From Ignicoccus islandicus DSM 13165 (GTDB taxonomy: Archaea > Thermoproteota > Thermoprotei_A > Sulfolobales > Ignicoccaceae), in contig NZ_CP006867.1 of the NCBI RefSeq assembly GCF_001481685.1, positions 720,001-752,000 on the forward strand: a stretch of DNA of 32,000 bases, read 5' to 3'. Positions 9,198-18,294 of this stretch are shown here, piece after piece. How positions within the stretch are numbered: position 1 is the first letter of the stretch; every line of letters begins with the position of its first letter. The notes below the pieces were generated by a model, which was given only the letters and a program-made list of their open reading frames with translations, was not told the DNA's origin and made no database searches. The position numbers were made by a program, and so were the translations under genes.

Positions 9198-9710
9198 ATG
9201 CCAGAGTACACGGCAAAGGTTTATAGAAAAGACAACACTGTATACTTAATACTGATCAGAGGTAAAAGAAGGGAATATATCCATCGCTGCATAGGCTTTG
9301 TGATTAATGGGAACGAAATAAAATCAATTGATGGTAAAGTAGAAGCTCGCCTACCATTTGACGTTGATCCCGAAATAGTAATTAGAGCGTTACAGACCAT
9401 TGGTGATTGGTTCATTAAAAGATTATCTCAAGGAAGAGGAAGAATAGGGTATTTAACCGAGATTGCAATCAAACATGTAGTTTACATGCTTTGCAAAGAA
9501 GAGAAAAAGAAACAAGGAATTAAGCAAACGGAGTGCTTGAAGCAGTCCGAAGTTAAGACAAGTCGCGGTAAGGTGACATGGAAGGCTATATACCAATTAT
9601 ATTCGAATGCGAGCGATCTTGAAAAATCTCTATCAGAACCTAATTACTGGGAAGGCGAGTTGCCTGAAGAATGCACCGTACAAGTAAGTGAAACTTCCAG
9701 TGATAAGTAA
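9198..9710 (+). CDS. Hypothetical protein (170 aa)
   Basis: ORF 10 nt downstream of and co-directional with the previous gene; ends just before convergent nreA. No recognisable family. Confidence 0.5.
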   Translation: MPEYTAKVYRKDNTVYLILIRGKRREYIHRCIGFVINGNEIKSIDGKVEARLPFDVDPEIVIRALQTIGDWFIKRLSQGRGRIGYLTEIAIKHVVYMLCKEEKKKQGIKQTECLKQSEVKTSRGKVTWKAIYQLYSNASDLEKSLSEPNYWEGELPEECTVQVSETSSDK

Positions 9711-9715
9711 TCGAT

Positions 9716-10906
9716 TTATGACTCGTAATCCATTAGTTTTCTTTGGCTAAGTAGTTTAGAAGAACTCAAGAACGGCATCTCATTCAACACAATCTTTTGG
9801 AATTCCCTCTCATCTAATTTAATTCCACTTAAGGCATTACGTACAGCGAGTTTTACGCCTTCCCTAACTTGCCATACTCCTAAAGGTAAGTAGTAGTCCT
9901 TACTTATTTCTCGTATCACCAGTACCGACGCGCTAGTGCCTTCTTCTGCTAAAGCCTGTAATGCCCCTGCCTTAGTTGCATGGAATCCACCATCGGAAGG
10001 ATCTGATGCTTTAGATGTAGGCAGTGGACCTTCATAGTTATAAATAATTACATCTTTATTAGGGCTCCATAAGGTCCCTTTCTTCCATATTTCAAACATT
10101 TCTACTATTGGAGGTCCTGGCTTCAATATAACTATATATCTATTACTGTAATGTTCATATGTTCCTAGATGAATAGAATTAACCCACTTTCGCTTTAATA
10201 TGGTTTCCTTTAAGTGTTTTGAGATAATTTGATCTACAGCCGTAATTGCCCATCTCGTCGGCACCAATTTCTTTCTTTTTCCCAATAATCCCAAGCTCAA
10301 TGCTTTTTGGAGGGCGTAAACGTCTCTACCGTACTCGTAAAGTTCCCTTAAAGCCACTTCGGCCTTTATTCTTTCCTCGAACTTACGTTCTATTAAAGAA
10401 TCGACTTTCGGATTAGATTGCACCTTTACCTCTTGCGCTCGCGCGCTTGGACCTATCGGTGCAATTAAGCCATCTAATTTCGGTGGAATTACCTTACCTT
10501 CTATTCTAGCTTCTACGTCTACGGGTTTTTCTGAAATTCCCGCCCAGATTACCTCGTTATCAAGTAATTCCTCAACTCTCCTCACATCTACTTTTTTAAA
10601 TGGGTTAAGCATCTCCATTCTGAGATTAGCTACTTCCTCTAAACCTAGCCTCATTCTGACCCACTCCGTAGGTGCATCGCGAAGCCTCGGATCGCCGTAA
10701 GGTGAAAGGGAGAGCGCTAGCGGTACCTTAGGGTACCCGCTCTCTCCTACTAAGGGGGATGGCGGTGAAGGGGCATCAGCTACGTGACCTTCCCATCTGG
10801 CTCTATTGAAGGCGCGTAGCCTTTGAAGTATCGGGCACCGAGGTAGACCACATAATCTCTTGTAACCCTTACACCTCGCACATAGATCTGGATCTATACG
10901 CTTCAA
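9716..10906 (-). CDS. nreA: DNA repair protein NreA-like (COG1602), N-terminal zinc-finger-like motif and C-terminal PIP-like motif
   Basis: N-terminus 'CARCKGYKRLCGLPRCPIL'; central GPSARAQEVKVQSNPKVD and VRREL/ALREL-type family text; C-terminal QRKLMDY resembles a PCNA-interacting peptide. Confidence 0.82.
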   Translation of the reverse strand: MKRIDPDLCARCKGYKRLCGLPRCPILQRLRAFNRARWEGHVADAPSPPSPLVGESGYPKVPLALSLSPYGDPRLRDAPTEWVRMRLGLEEVANLRMEMLNPFKKVDVRRVEELLDNEVIWAGISEKPVDVEARIEGKVIPPKLDGLIAPIGPSARAQEVKVQSNPKVDSLIERKFEERIKAEVALRELYEYGRDVYALQKALSLGLLGKRKKLVPTRWAITAVDQIISKHLKETILKRKWVNSIHLGTYEHYSNRYIVILKPGPPIVEMFEIWKKGTLWSPNKDVIIYNYEGPLPTSKASDPSDGGFHATKAGALQALAEEGTSASVLVIREISKDYYLPLGVWQVREGVKLAVRNALSGIKLDEREFQKIVLNEMPFLSSSKLLSQRKLMDYES

Positions 10907-11124
10907 AATTCACCTTTTTCAGGTAGCGAGAACAACTCTTTTGAGTTTGACCTAATTTTTCTAATCAATCCTTGTCTTAGAGCTTCAGCAATTATTTTCC
11001 TCGCCTCTACTGCATTGTATCCCTTCGAGGCCATTTCCTCGATTATCTGCAATGAGGTGAGCGGACCCTTACTCTTTTTAAGAACGTCTATTAGGTCTTC
11101 AATCCTCTGGGTCACGAATACCAC
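10903..11124 (-). CDS. Small winged-helix-like protein
   Basis: 73 aa. '[51 protein letters not shown]' has wHTH-like pattern. Overlaps the radA 3' end and the nreA 5' end. Confidence 0.6.
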   Translation of the reverse strand: MVFVTQRIEDLIDVLKKSKGPLTSLQIIEEMASKGYNAVEARKIIAEALRQGLIRKIRSNSKELFSLPEKGEF

Positions 11125-12076
11125 ACTCCGTTATCTCGAAGACGGTCTCTCCCTCGGGTAAGTGTGGCGCGTCTACCATTCTTGCTATTCTCTTGTTGCC
11201 TCTACTCTTCTTTAACTGTACTCTGACGCCCGGCGCATGGTAAAGTACGTGACCACCTACTGCTTGAGTAGGATCACCATAGAATACATCAGGCTTTGCC
11301 ATCACTTGATTCGTAATAACGACGGCTACGTTATATATTTCGGCTAGTCTACTCAGTTGATGGAGATGCTTATTTAGTTTTTGTTGTCTAACGGCCAAGT
11401 TCTCTCTACCTGGATATTCTGCCCTGAAGTGACTAGTTACCGAGTCCACGACGACTAACCTAATATTTTCCTTAGGAACTAATCCGAATAGCTCTTCAAC
11501 TACAGCCATTTGATGATCGCTGTTAACCGCCCTCATATAGTATATGTTCTCCATTGCAAGTTCTGGATCCAGGCCCGCGCACCTCGCCATTTGTTCTATT
11601 CTTTCCCACCTGAAGGTACCTTCGGTATCTATGTAAACTGCTTTGGCGATGTTTTCCCCTTCCGTGAGTCCTCCTTGGTCAGTAGGCAATTGGACGTTAA
11701 CGCTTAATTGGTGAGATATCTGGCTCTTACCGCTTCCGAACTCACCGAAGAATTCAGTAATCGTTTTAGTTTCAACTCCTCCACCTAGTAATTCGTCCAA
11801 GTTGCTCGAGCCGGTAGTTATCTTCTTCAAGTTCATTCTTTCCATTTTTACCTCCTTTGCCGTCTTGAAACGTATGTCTAAGAGCTCCCTTGCAGCCTTT
11901 ATTATTTTGTGTGCCGTAGCGAGGGGAATCCCTGCAACTGATACGAGCTCCTCGGGAGTAGCTACGGCTATTGCCTCTATAGTAGTATAGCCAGCTTCTA
12001 CTAGCTTAGAGGCTGTTGTTGGCCCGACTCCCGGTAGGTCTGCTATAGACCTAGGTCTGATCTCGTTTTCACTCAT
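11099..12076 (-). CDS. radA: DNA repair and recombination protein RadA
   Basis: N-terminal HhH ([18 protein letters not shown]); Walker [15 protein letters not shown]; [12 protein letters not shown]; [34 protein letters not shown]. Confidence 0.97.
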   Translation of the reverse strand: MSENEIRPRSIADLPGVGPTTASKLVEAGYTTIEAIAVATPEELVSVAGIPLATAHKIIKAARELLDIRFKTAKEVKMERMNLKKITTGSSNLDELLGGGVETKTITEFFGEFGSGKSQISHQLSVNVQLPTDQGGLTEGENIAKAVYIDTEGTFRWERIEQMARCAGLDPELAMENIYYMRAVNSDHQMAVVEELFGLVPKENIRLVVVDSVTSHFRAEYPGRENLAVRQQKLNKHLHQLSRLAEIYNVAVVITNQVMAKPDVFYGDPTQAVGGHVLYHAPGVRVQLKKSRGNKRIARMVDAPHLPEGETVFEITECGIRDPED

Positions 12077-12136
12077 TTCTTCCAGTCCCCGAAAGGTGAT
12101 TTGAGGTTCAGATAGGTATATTAATTAAGGCGTTAC

Positions 12137-12961
12137 CTAGAAAGAGCATCTCACTCCGGGTCCTCCTTGGCGATAACTATCTCCAAGTTCCTTCATTAAG
12201 ACGTATTGGGCTATTTGACCGGTGCAATGAGTAGGTATTACTAACTCGGGGGACTTGGAAGCGAGATATTTCGCAACCTCGCGTATCCTCTCTTCATTAG
12301 CTCCAAGTAAGTGTAAACCACCTATCAATGCTCTCAAATTGCTTGAGTTAGTTACTTTAAGTCCGTATTCAACTACGTTTTCAACACCGGCATGTCCGCA
12401 TCCAGTTATTACAACGAGACCCTTCGGCGTCTTAACGTATAGTGCTGCATCGTCCTTCACGAGATCTTGAACTATTCCCTTTTCGGGATCTAGTCTATAT
12501 ACTAAACCGCTATGGCTAGGTCCCCATTCCCTCGGTATCTCGCCAGAGAAGTATACGCCATCAACTAACTCCAAAGGCAGTCTCGTTGTTATGACGGGGA
12601 CGCCTAGTTGATCTTTCTTGAATGGAATTCCTATTTCTCTTAGTACACCATTTATTCTAGCAAACTTCGAATCGAATGCGTCCGGATGAACCACTATGGG
12701 TGCTCTTGCGACCTCTAAAACCTTTTTTAAACCACCTGTATGGTCTCTATGACCGTGACTGATAACTATGTAATCGGGCTTAAGTTCTACGCCTAATTTG
12801 CTTGCATTGTGTAGTAGAACGTCGCCAGTAAGCCCCGTATCGAAAAGTATTTGAACGTCCTCTTTTTGTAGGAGCGCAGCAAAGCCGTATTCCGCAAGAA
12901 GCTCTTGGGTTAACTGAGGTATTAGACCAGCGTAAACGTCTGAGAGTATAGTTATTTCCAC
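12137..12961 (-). CDS. MBL-fold metallo-hydrolase (COG1237-like)
   Basis: LFDTGLTGDVLLHN, SHGHRDHTGGL, ITGCGHAGVENVV, GGLHL, PTHCTG. Confidence 0.88.
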   Translation of the reverse strand: MEITILSDVYAGLIPQLTQELLAEYGFAALLQKEDVQILFDTGLTGDVLLHNASKLGVELKPDYIVISHGHRDHTGGLKKVLEVARAPIVVHPDAFDSKFARINGVLREIGIPFKKDQLGVPVITTRLPLELVDGVYFSGEIPREWGPSHSGLVYRLDPEKGIVQDLVKDDAALYVKTPKGLVVITGCGHAGVENVVEYGLKVTNSSNLRALIGGLHLLGANEERIREVAKYLASKSPELVIPTHCTGQIAQYVLMKELGDSYRQGGPGVRCSF

Positions 12962-13006
12962 GAAAGTATCCCCGTAACTTTACGTGTTAATGAGAGAAAA
13001 TAAGGG

Positions 13007-16000
13007 TTATTCGACGTAAACAGCAGGCTTCGTCGGAAGAGGTTTCTTCTTACCTCCTTCTTCAGTTATCTCTATTGGTGCTCCAACTCTCCTTTCTAGG
13101 TAGCCCTTGAACTCTTCTACGGACTTCTTTTCATCGAACTTGCCCTCTAGTATAGCGCTTCTCAATGATTCGGGAAGCGATTGAGCTATTTCAAATATTT
13201 TCCTGAGATCCTTCGCCTTAGACTTCCCGAATATTTTAGTTCCTTCAGCCATGAACTCCCTCATACCTTTTCCTTCCTTCAAGATCTTCAGCGCCAATCT
13301 CAACATGTTATAGCTTTCCTCATCAGCGAATTGTAGCTTGATCTTGCTTACGTTAGTAATCTTAGCTACTTTAATTATCTCCGTTATATCGTCTGCTAAC
13401 ATGTCGACGAACTCCTTCTTAGCTATAATTGATTTATCCATGTAATCTCTTTCTACTCTAGGCCATCCTTCGTTTAGGACGAACGTTGAATTGCCTAAGA
13501 GATGCCACAACTCTTCTGCGAAATATGGCGTGAAAGGTACCATTGTTCTAATCCATCTCTCAACAATGTATTTCAATACCCATTTGCTCGCATCAGTTAA
13601 ATCGCCTATAGTGGATTTCACCTCGTTTACATATCGCTTTATTTCGTTCAATATTTCGAAGTATATCGCGTTAGCAGCGCTTCTTAGACGTAACTCATCC
13701 ATCCAGCGAGTTATTTCATCCAACTTATGAACGAAGTAGCTCATCATCCATGCATCTAGCGATTTCAGCTCCTCGGGTTTCGGAACTTCTCCGAAAGTTG
13801 CTACCAGTTCTGCTATCTCCTTAATGCTACTGAGATTACTTAAGACCCTGCCAACTACCTCTTCGCTAAAGTCGGCATCGCCTTCCAATTCAGCGCTATA
13901 TAGTAACGCCAATCTAACTACATCGGGAGAATACTTTTTCGTTGCTTTGTATAGAGGAATTATATTGCCTAAGCTCTTACTCATTTTCTTTCCTTCAAGC
14001 GTCACGAAACCGTTCACAACTATTTGCCTGGGCCAGAGATCTTCTGGGAATATAGCTGCATGGTTGAATATGAAGAACGTTAAATGATTCTTAATTAGGT
14101 CCTTGCCTGAATGCCTAGAATCCAAGGGGTACCAGTAAGAGAAACTCTCCCTTGCCTTCACTAGTACGTTCGGATCCAGACCATATTTCTCACTTAACTC
14201 CTTTACTTCGCCCTTTCCTAGCAAAATGTACTCCCATACCTCAGGTTTCAACTTATCTGCGCTTACACCACTTTCTCTTAGAATGTGAACTACAGTATAG
14301 AAGGCCATATAGATAGTTGAATCGCTTAAGCTTTCTATCACCCACTTCTCATCCCAAGGTAGGGGCGTTCCAAGTCCCCTGGTCCTCGCGCACGCTCTTC
14401 TTTGAAGCCACTCAATTGTTTCCTCGAAGTCCCTCCTAAACTTTTCTGGGATTATTTTCATTTGGGATAAGGCCGTTCTAGCTAGACGCTTCCATTGTTC
14501 GTCGCCATAATTGATGAACCACTGATCTTCTAGAACTTTCACAACTACCTCGTTACCAAACCTCGAATAAACTGGTCCGTTCTTTATTTCGTAAAATACG
14601 TCGCCATAGCCCATTGCCTTTAACCATTCAGCCGTAAGTTCTCTAGCTTCGGGAACGCTCTTTCCTGCCAACAAGACTCTTAAGGCTGCTGCGAGTTTCT
14701 CATCCTTAATCCTTTCGAAAACGCTGGGGTCCATTTTTCCCTTTCTGAACTCAATCAAGTATACCCTTGAGGTCGCTTCAGTTAATTTGTCCTTCTCTAG
14801 TTGCGATGATATGTTTAGTTCTCTTATAACCCTTAAGACCGGTAATTCGTCTTCTCCGGGAACTTCTATAACGCGTATCAACGAAATGTTCTTGACTATG
14901 TCTGCGTATTCCTCATTTCCCTCTAAATCCTTCAAGGCTATGTAATCGAAAGGCGCATGGGCAGGTACGCTCATAACTACGCCAGTAGCTATGTTCGGAT
15001 CAACAAAGGTGGCTGGTAAGACCGGTACCTCATCTCCAGTGGCTGGATTGATCGCGAATTTCTTTAACAAATCAGTTCCTTTTACAGAGCCGATCTCTCT
15101 AACTCCCTTCTTTTGGAAACCTATCTTATAGGCAGCTTTGGGACTGAGGACCCATTTCTTCCCTTCCACTTCAACGATTTTGTACTCGACTTCTGGATGA
15201 ACCCACATGTTAGTTACGCCGAAGACTGTCTCAGCTCTCAAAGTGGCAGCGGGAAGGTATAGGTCCGAGTCTTTTAATTTGAAGAGTATGACGTCATAGT
15301 CCTCTATTTCGGGTTCAACGTCGCCTAACGTGTCATGCTGACTCACTGGAGTATTATATATGGGATCCCAAGCGACTGGATGAGTACCTTTTTCTATGTA
15401 CCCCAATTCCTTGAGCTTATAGAATTGCCATACTATGAAGCTCTTGAAATCGTCGTCTATAGTTCTAAATTTTCGGCGCCAATCTATCATGTAGCCCATT
15501 TCTTTCATGCTTTCTTCAGTAATAGAAGAGAAGTAATCCGCCATCGTAAGCGGATCTACTAGTTTCTTTACATCATTTAGAGGTAAATCGAAGACTATTA
15601 CGAAGAGCGCTGTTTGAAGAACAGCATCGGCTTCGTTACTTCCCACCTCACCTAGACCGAGCCTCTTCAATTCTTCATTTAGGGCCCTATGAAAGCATGA
15701 ATTAAAGGAACACTCTCCTCTCTCGAGGTAAGTTCTGGCTTTATTCCATATGGTACGTAGGAACTCGCTTAGGTCGACCTTACCTTCTACCTTAGACAGG
15801 ACTTCATTAGCTATCTTAACTTTTTCAGACATAGCTATTACTGGTGTTCCAGTATAGTGAAACCCCATAGGAAACAATACGTTGTAACCTTTCATTCGCA
15901 TATATCTCGCGTAAGCGTCTGTTATACTATAAGTTCTGGAATGGCCTAGGTGCATGGGGCTGTTCGGATAGGGGAACGCGGCGGTTATGAAGAACTTGGG

Positions 16001-16099
16001 TTTATCGCTTACGTCTGCTTCGTGAAGCTTCGCTTTTTCCCATTCACTTCTCCACTTCTTTGCTATTTCGTTGAGGTAATCGATGAAGCCTTTGCTCAT
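13007..16099 (-). CDS. leuS: Leucyl-tRNA synthetase (archaeal type)
   Basis: 1030 aa. FPYPNSPMHLGHSRTY (HIGH-type) and LEGKKMSKSLGNIIPL (KMSKS). Large editing domain and archaeal C-terminal domain. Confidence 0.96.
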   Translation of the reverse strand: MSKGFIDYLNEIAKKWRSEWEKAKLHEADVSDKPKFFITAAFPYPNSPMHLGHSRTYSITDAYARYMRMKGYNVLFPMGFHYTGTPVIAMSEKVKIANEVLSKVEGKVDLSEFLRTIWNKARTYLERGECSFNSCFHRALNEELKRLGLGEVGSNEADAVLQTALFVIVFDLPLNDVKKLVDPLTMADYFSSITEESMKEMGYMIDWRRKFRTIDDDFKSFIVWQFYKLKELGYIEKGTHPVAWDPIYNTPVSQHDTLGDVEPEIEDYDVILFKLKDSDLYLPAATLRAETVFGVTNMWVHPEVEYKIVEVEGKKWVLSPKAAYKIGFQKKGVREIGSVKGTDLLKKFAINPATGDEVPVLPATFVDPNIATGVVMSVPAHAPFDYIALKDLEGNEEYADIVKNISLIRVIEVPGEDELPVLRVIRELNISSQLEKDKLTEATSRVYLIEFRKGKMDPSVFERIKDEKLAAALRVLLAGKSVPEARELTAEWLKAMGYGDVFYEIKNGPVYSRFGNEVVVKVLEDQWFINYGDEQWKRLARTALSQMKIIPEKFRRDFEETIEWLQRRACARTRGLGTPLPWDEKWVIESLSDSTIYMAFYTVVHILRESGVSADKLKPEVWEYILLGKGEVKELSEKYGLDPNVLVKARESFSYWYPLDSRHSGKDLIKNHLTFFIFNHAAIFPEDLWPRQIVVNGFVTLEGKKMSKSLGNIIPLYKATKKYSPDVVRLALLYSAELEGDADFSEEVVGRVLSNLSSIKEIAELVATFGEVPKPEELKSLDAWMMSYFVHKLDEITRWMDELRLRSAANAIYFEILNEIKRYVNEVKSTIGDLTDASKWVLKYIVERWIRTMVPFTPYFAEELWHLLGNSTFVLNEGWPRVERDYMDKSIIAKKEFVDMLADDITEIIKVAKITNVSKIKLQFADEESYNMLRLALKILKEGKGMREFMAEGTKIFGKSKAKDLRKIFEIAQSLPESLRSAILEGKFDEKKSVEEFKGYLERRVGAPIEITEEGGKKKPLPTKPAVYVE

Positions 16100-16193
16100 T
16101 TCTCAAATACCCGCTTCTTCAGATATGTCGAGGCAAAAACGGTTTCCCTTTGTTGACGCGTTTCCGAAACGTAGTAGACCCAGAGAGAATTTA

Positions 16194-16304
16194 TTAAAAA
16201 TCTCTTTCAACGGTTTCTCCAGGAAATTCGAGGTATTTCATCAACAACTCGTCTATTTCGGGAATTCCGGTCACAACGTTATCTAATTGAAGCGTCTCGC
16301 TCAC
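16194..16304 (-). CDS. Possible 36-aa leader/micro-ORF upstream of leuS
   Basis: GTG-initiated VSETLQLDNVVTGIPEIDELLMKYLEFPGETVERDF, with a TATA-like TTTATTAAC about 40 nt upstream on the minus strand. Below the ORF-track length cut-off. Confidence 0.2.
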   Translation of the reverse strand: MSETLQLDNVVTGIPEIDELLMKYLEFPGETVERDF

Positions 16305-16399
16305 GCGGAGCCCCGCTCTGGGATCTAGACGTTGGAAAAGTTAATAAACAAACAAATCTCCATTTCATAGAGAAGAAATGAGACATATTATTTAAAACC

Positions 16400-16426
16400 T
16401 TCGCAGAAGGAGGAGGGGGCTGCGAA
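16400..16426 (+). promoter_or_regulatory. 7-bp perfect inverted repeat enclosing the Shine-Dalgarno of rps17e
   Basis: TTCGCAG (16400-16406) - AAGGAGGAGGGGG - CTGCGAA (16420-16426), one nt before the ATG at 16428. Confidence 0.45.
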
Positions 16427-16427
16427 A

Positions 16428-16646
16428 ATGGGAAAGATCCGGATCAATGTAGTGAAGAGGACGGCACGAAAACTTTTGAACATGTATCCTGATCTATTTA
16501 TAAGAGATTTCGAACACAATAAAAAGGTGGTCAACGAGCTAATAGAGGTTCGTTCGAAGAAACTAAGAAACCAAATAGCTGGATACATAACCCATTTGAA
16601 GAAAGTTGAAGAAAGGAGGCAAAAGATCGAACTAGAGGAGAGGTGA
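16428..16646 (+). CDS. rps17e: Ribosomal protein S17e
   Basis: MGKIRINVVKRTARKLLNMYPDLFIRDFEHNKKVV...SKKLRNQIAGYITHL. Confidence 0.93.
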   Translation: MGKIRINVVKRTARKLLNMYPDLFIRDFEHNKKVVNELIEVRSKKLRNQIAGYITHLKKVEERRQKIELEER

Positions 16647-16653
16647 GGCCTAG

Positions 16654-16959
16654 ATGCAAGAAATAGTATCTGAGAACTTCACAATTCACGTCGTTGAAGA
16701 CAGATACAATCCATTGATAGAAAGACGAGAACTCTCTATAGTTATCCACCACGTAGGTAAGTCCACTCCAAAGCGATGCGAAGTCAAGGAAGCGATCGCC
16801 AAATCGTTAGGCATTGATCCAAATCTAGTGATAGTTAGGAAGCTCGTAACGGAATATGGAATAGGAAGAACCAGAGGAAAGGTTCACATTTACAACAACC
16901 AAAAGAGATTAGAAGAAATTGAGCCTCAAAAGGCGATAAAACAGAACCAATGTGGGTGA
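16654..16959 (+). CDS. rps24e: Ribosomal protein S24e
   Basis: NPLIERRELSIVIHHVGKSTPKRCEVKEAIAKSLG...VIVRKLVTEYGIGRTRGKVHIYN. Confidence 0.93.
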   Translation: MQEIVSENFTIHVVEDRYNPLIERRELSIVIHHVGKSTPKRCEVKEAIAKSLGIDPNLVIVRKLVTEYGIGRTRGKVHIYNNQKRLEEIEPQKAIKQNQCG

Positions 16960-16965
16960 TAGACC

Positions 16966-17139
16966 ATGCCGAAACACGCGCAAGTTAAGCCTCATAAGCT
17001 CTATGAAATAGATCCAGAGACTGGGACCATAAAACCGAAGAACAAGAAATGTCCTAGATGCGGTAGTTGGATGGCCCATCATCTGAAACCTGTTGAAAGG
17101 TGGCATTGCGGTAAGTGTGGATACACTATTTTCGTTTAA
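16966..17139 (+). CDS. rps27ae: Ribosomal protein S27ae (57 aa, absent from the supplied ORF track)
   Basis: Direct translation [57 protein letters not shown], with two CxxC zinc-knuckle pairs, immediately after rps24e. Confidence 0.93.
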   Translation: MPKHAQVKPHKLYEIDPETGTIKPKNKKCPRCGSWMAHHLKPVERWHCGKCGYTIFV

Positions 17140-17184
17140 CCACTCTAGAAGCCCAGCTCATCACTTAGTTGAAAGGTGAAGTTT

Positions 17185-18180
17185 TTGATAGTACTTGGAA
17201 TTGAGAGTACAGCCCATACCTTCGGTGTAGGAATAGCCACTGATAGGAAACCTTATATATTAGCAAATGTTTTCCATACATATGTACCAGAGAAAGGTGG
17301 AATACATCCAAGAGAGGCTGCGCGCCATCACGCTGAATGGGCCCCGAAACTTCTAAGACAAGCTTTGGACGAAGCAAGGATTAGTATTAGAGACGTCGAC
17401 GCAATCGCATATAGCGCAGGTCCGGGATTGGGACCATGCTTGAGAACAGGTGCGGTTGTAGCTAGAGCTCTAGCAGCGAAATACGGAATGCCTCTAGTAC
17501 CAGTTAACCACAGCCTAGCTCACATAGAAATTGCGAGGTTATACACTGGCTTCGAGAGACCTTTGAGCATATACGTTTCGGGAGGAAGCACTATTATCGC
17601 CACTCCCGGACATCGAAGATACAGCGTCTATGGGGAGACCCTAGATATCGGTCTGGGAAACTTGCTAGATACGTTCGCGCGGGAAACCCAGTTAGGTCCA
17701 CCATTCGTGAAGAACGGCGTTCACGTAGTCGAGCTATGTTCCGAAGGAGCGAAGGAACCGTATCCTCTACCTTACACGGTATATGGAGTAGACTTATCGT
17801 TTTCGGGTCTTTTGACAGCCGCATTGAAAGCTTGGCAAAGGGGTTACAGAAGCGAAGTTTGCTACGGGCTCTGGGAAACGGCATACGATATGGTTCTCGA
17901 AATTGCCGAAAGGGCATTGGTTCATAGCAAATTAGAAGAAGTAGTGTTAGTAGGAGGCGTAGCCGGTTCGAAAAGGTTACAAGAGAAAACTACGCTTATG
18001 GTCGAAGAATACGGTGCGCAATACAAACCTATTCCTTATCAATACGCTCGCGATAACGGGGCCATGATAGCGTGGACCGGTTTACTGCTTCTTAAATATG
18101 GTATCAGAGTTAAACCCCTCGAAGCGTTAGTTTATCAGAGATGGCGTTTAGACGAAGTGGAGGTTCCATGGTTAGATTAG
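17185..18180 (+). CDS. kae1: KEOPS complex protein Kae1 (tRNA t6A synthesis; TsaD/OSGEP family)
   Basis: VLGIESTAHTFGVGIA, HPREAARHHAEWAP, YSAGPGLGPCLRTGA, VNHSLAHIEI, YVSGGST, GETLDIGLGNLLDTFAR, DNGAMIAWTG. The track gives GTG at 17176, but GGTGA precedes TTG at 17185, which is the likelier start. Confidence 0.96.
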   Translation: MIVLGIESTAHTFGVGIATDRKPYILANVFHTYVPEKGGIHPREAARHHAEWAPKLLRQALDEARISIRDVDAIAYSAGPGLGPCLRTGAVVARALAAKYGMPLVPVNHSLAHIEIARLYTGFERPLSIYVSGGSTIIATPGHRRYSVYGETLDIGLGNLLDTFARETQLGPPFVKNGVHVVELCSEGAKEPYPLPYTVYGVDLSFSGLLTAALKAWQRGYRSEVCYGLWETAYDMVLEIAERALVHSKLEEVVLVGGVAGSKRLQEKTTLMVEEYGAQYKPIPYQYARDNGAMIAWTGLLLLKYGIRVKPLEALVYQRWRLDEVEVPWLD

Positions 18181-18294
18181 GGAACTTGAAAGGATGTGGG
18201 AGGCCTTTAGGTCTGAACGCGAGATGATGAGGGATCAACCGACCGAAGAAGCGGTTTCGCTTAATATATTCGTTTTAACAACTTCATTTCGGAA

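Noticed and set aside
10903-11124. Reading the 73-aa wHTH ORF together with the neighbours as a toxin-antitoxin pair
   Set aside because: Neighbours are radA and nreA, both repair genes, and the small protein has no toxin/antitoxin hallmark.
13491-15562. Several 60-90 aa ORFs on the + strand opposite leuS (13491, 13824, 15335) and similar antisense ORFs elsewhere (831, 2219, 11510, 17594, 20017, 22389, 26535)
   Set aside because: They lie antisense to strongly supported genes, have no recognisable domains, and their Ser/Leu-rich composition is typical of shadow translation of coding DNA.
16083-16588. ORFs 16083..16286 (+) and 16388..16588 (-)
   Set aside because: The first overlaps the leuS start and a non-coding leader; the second is antisense to rps17e. 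No family features.
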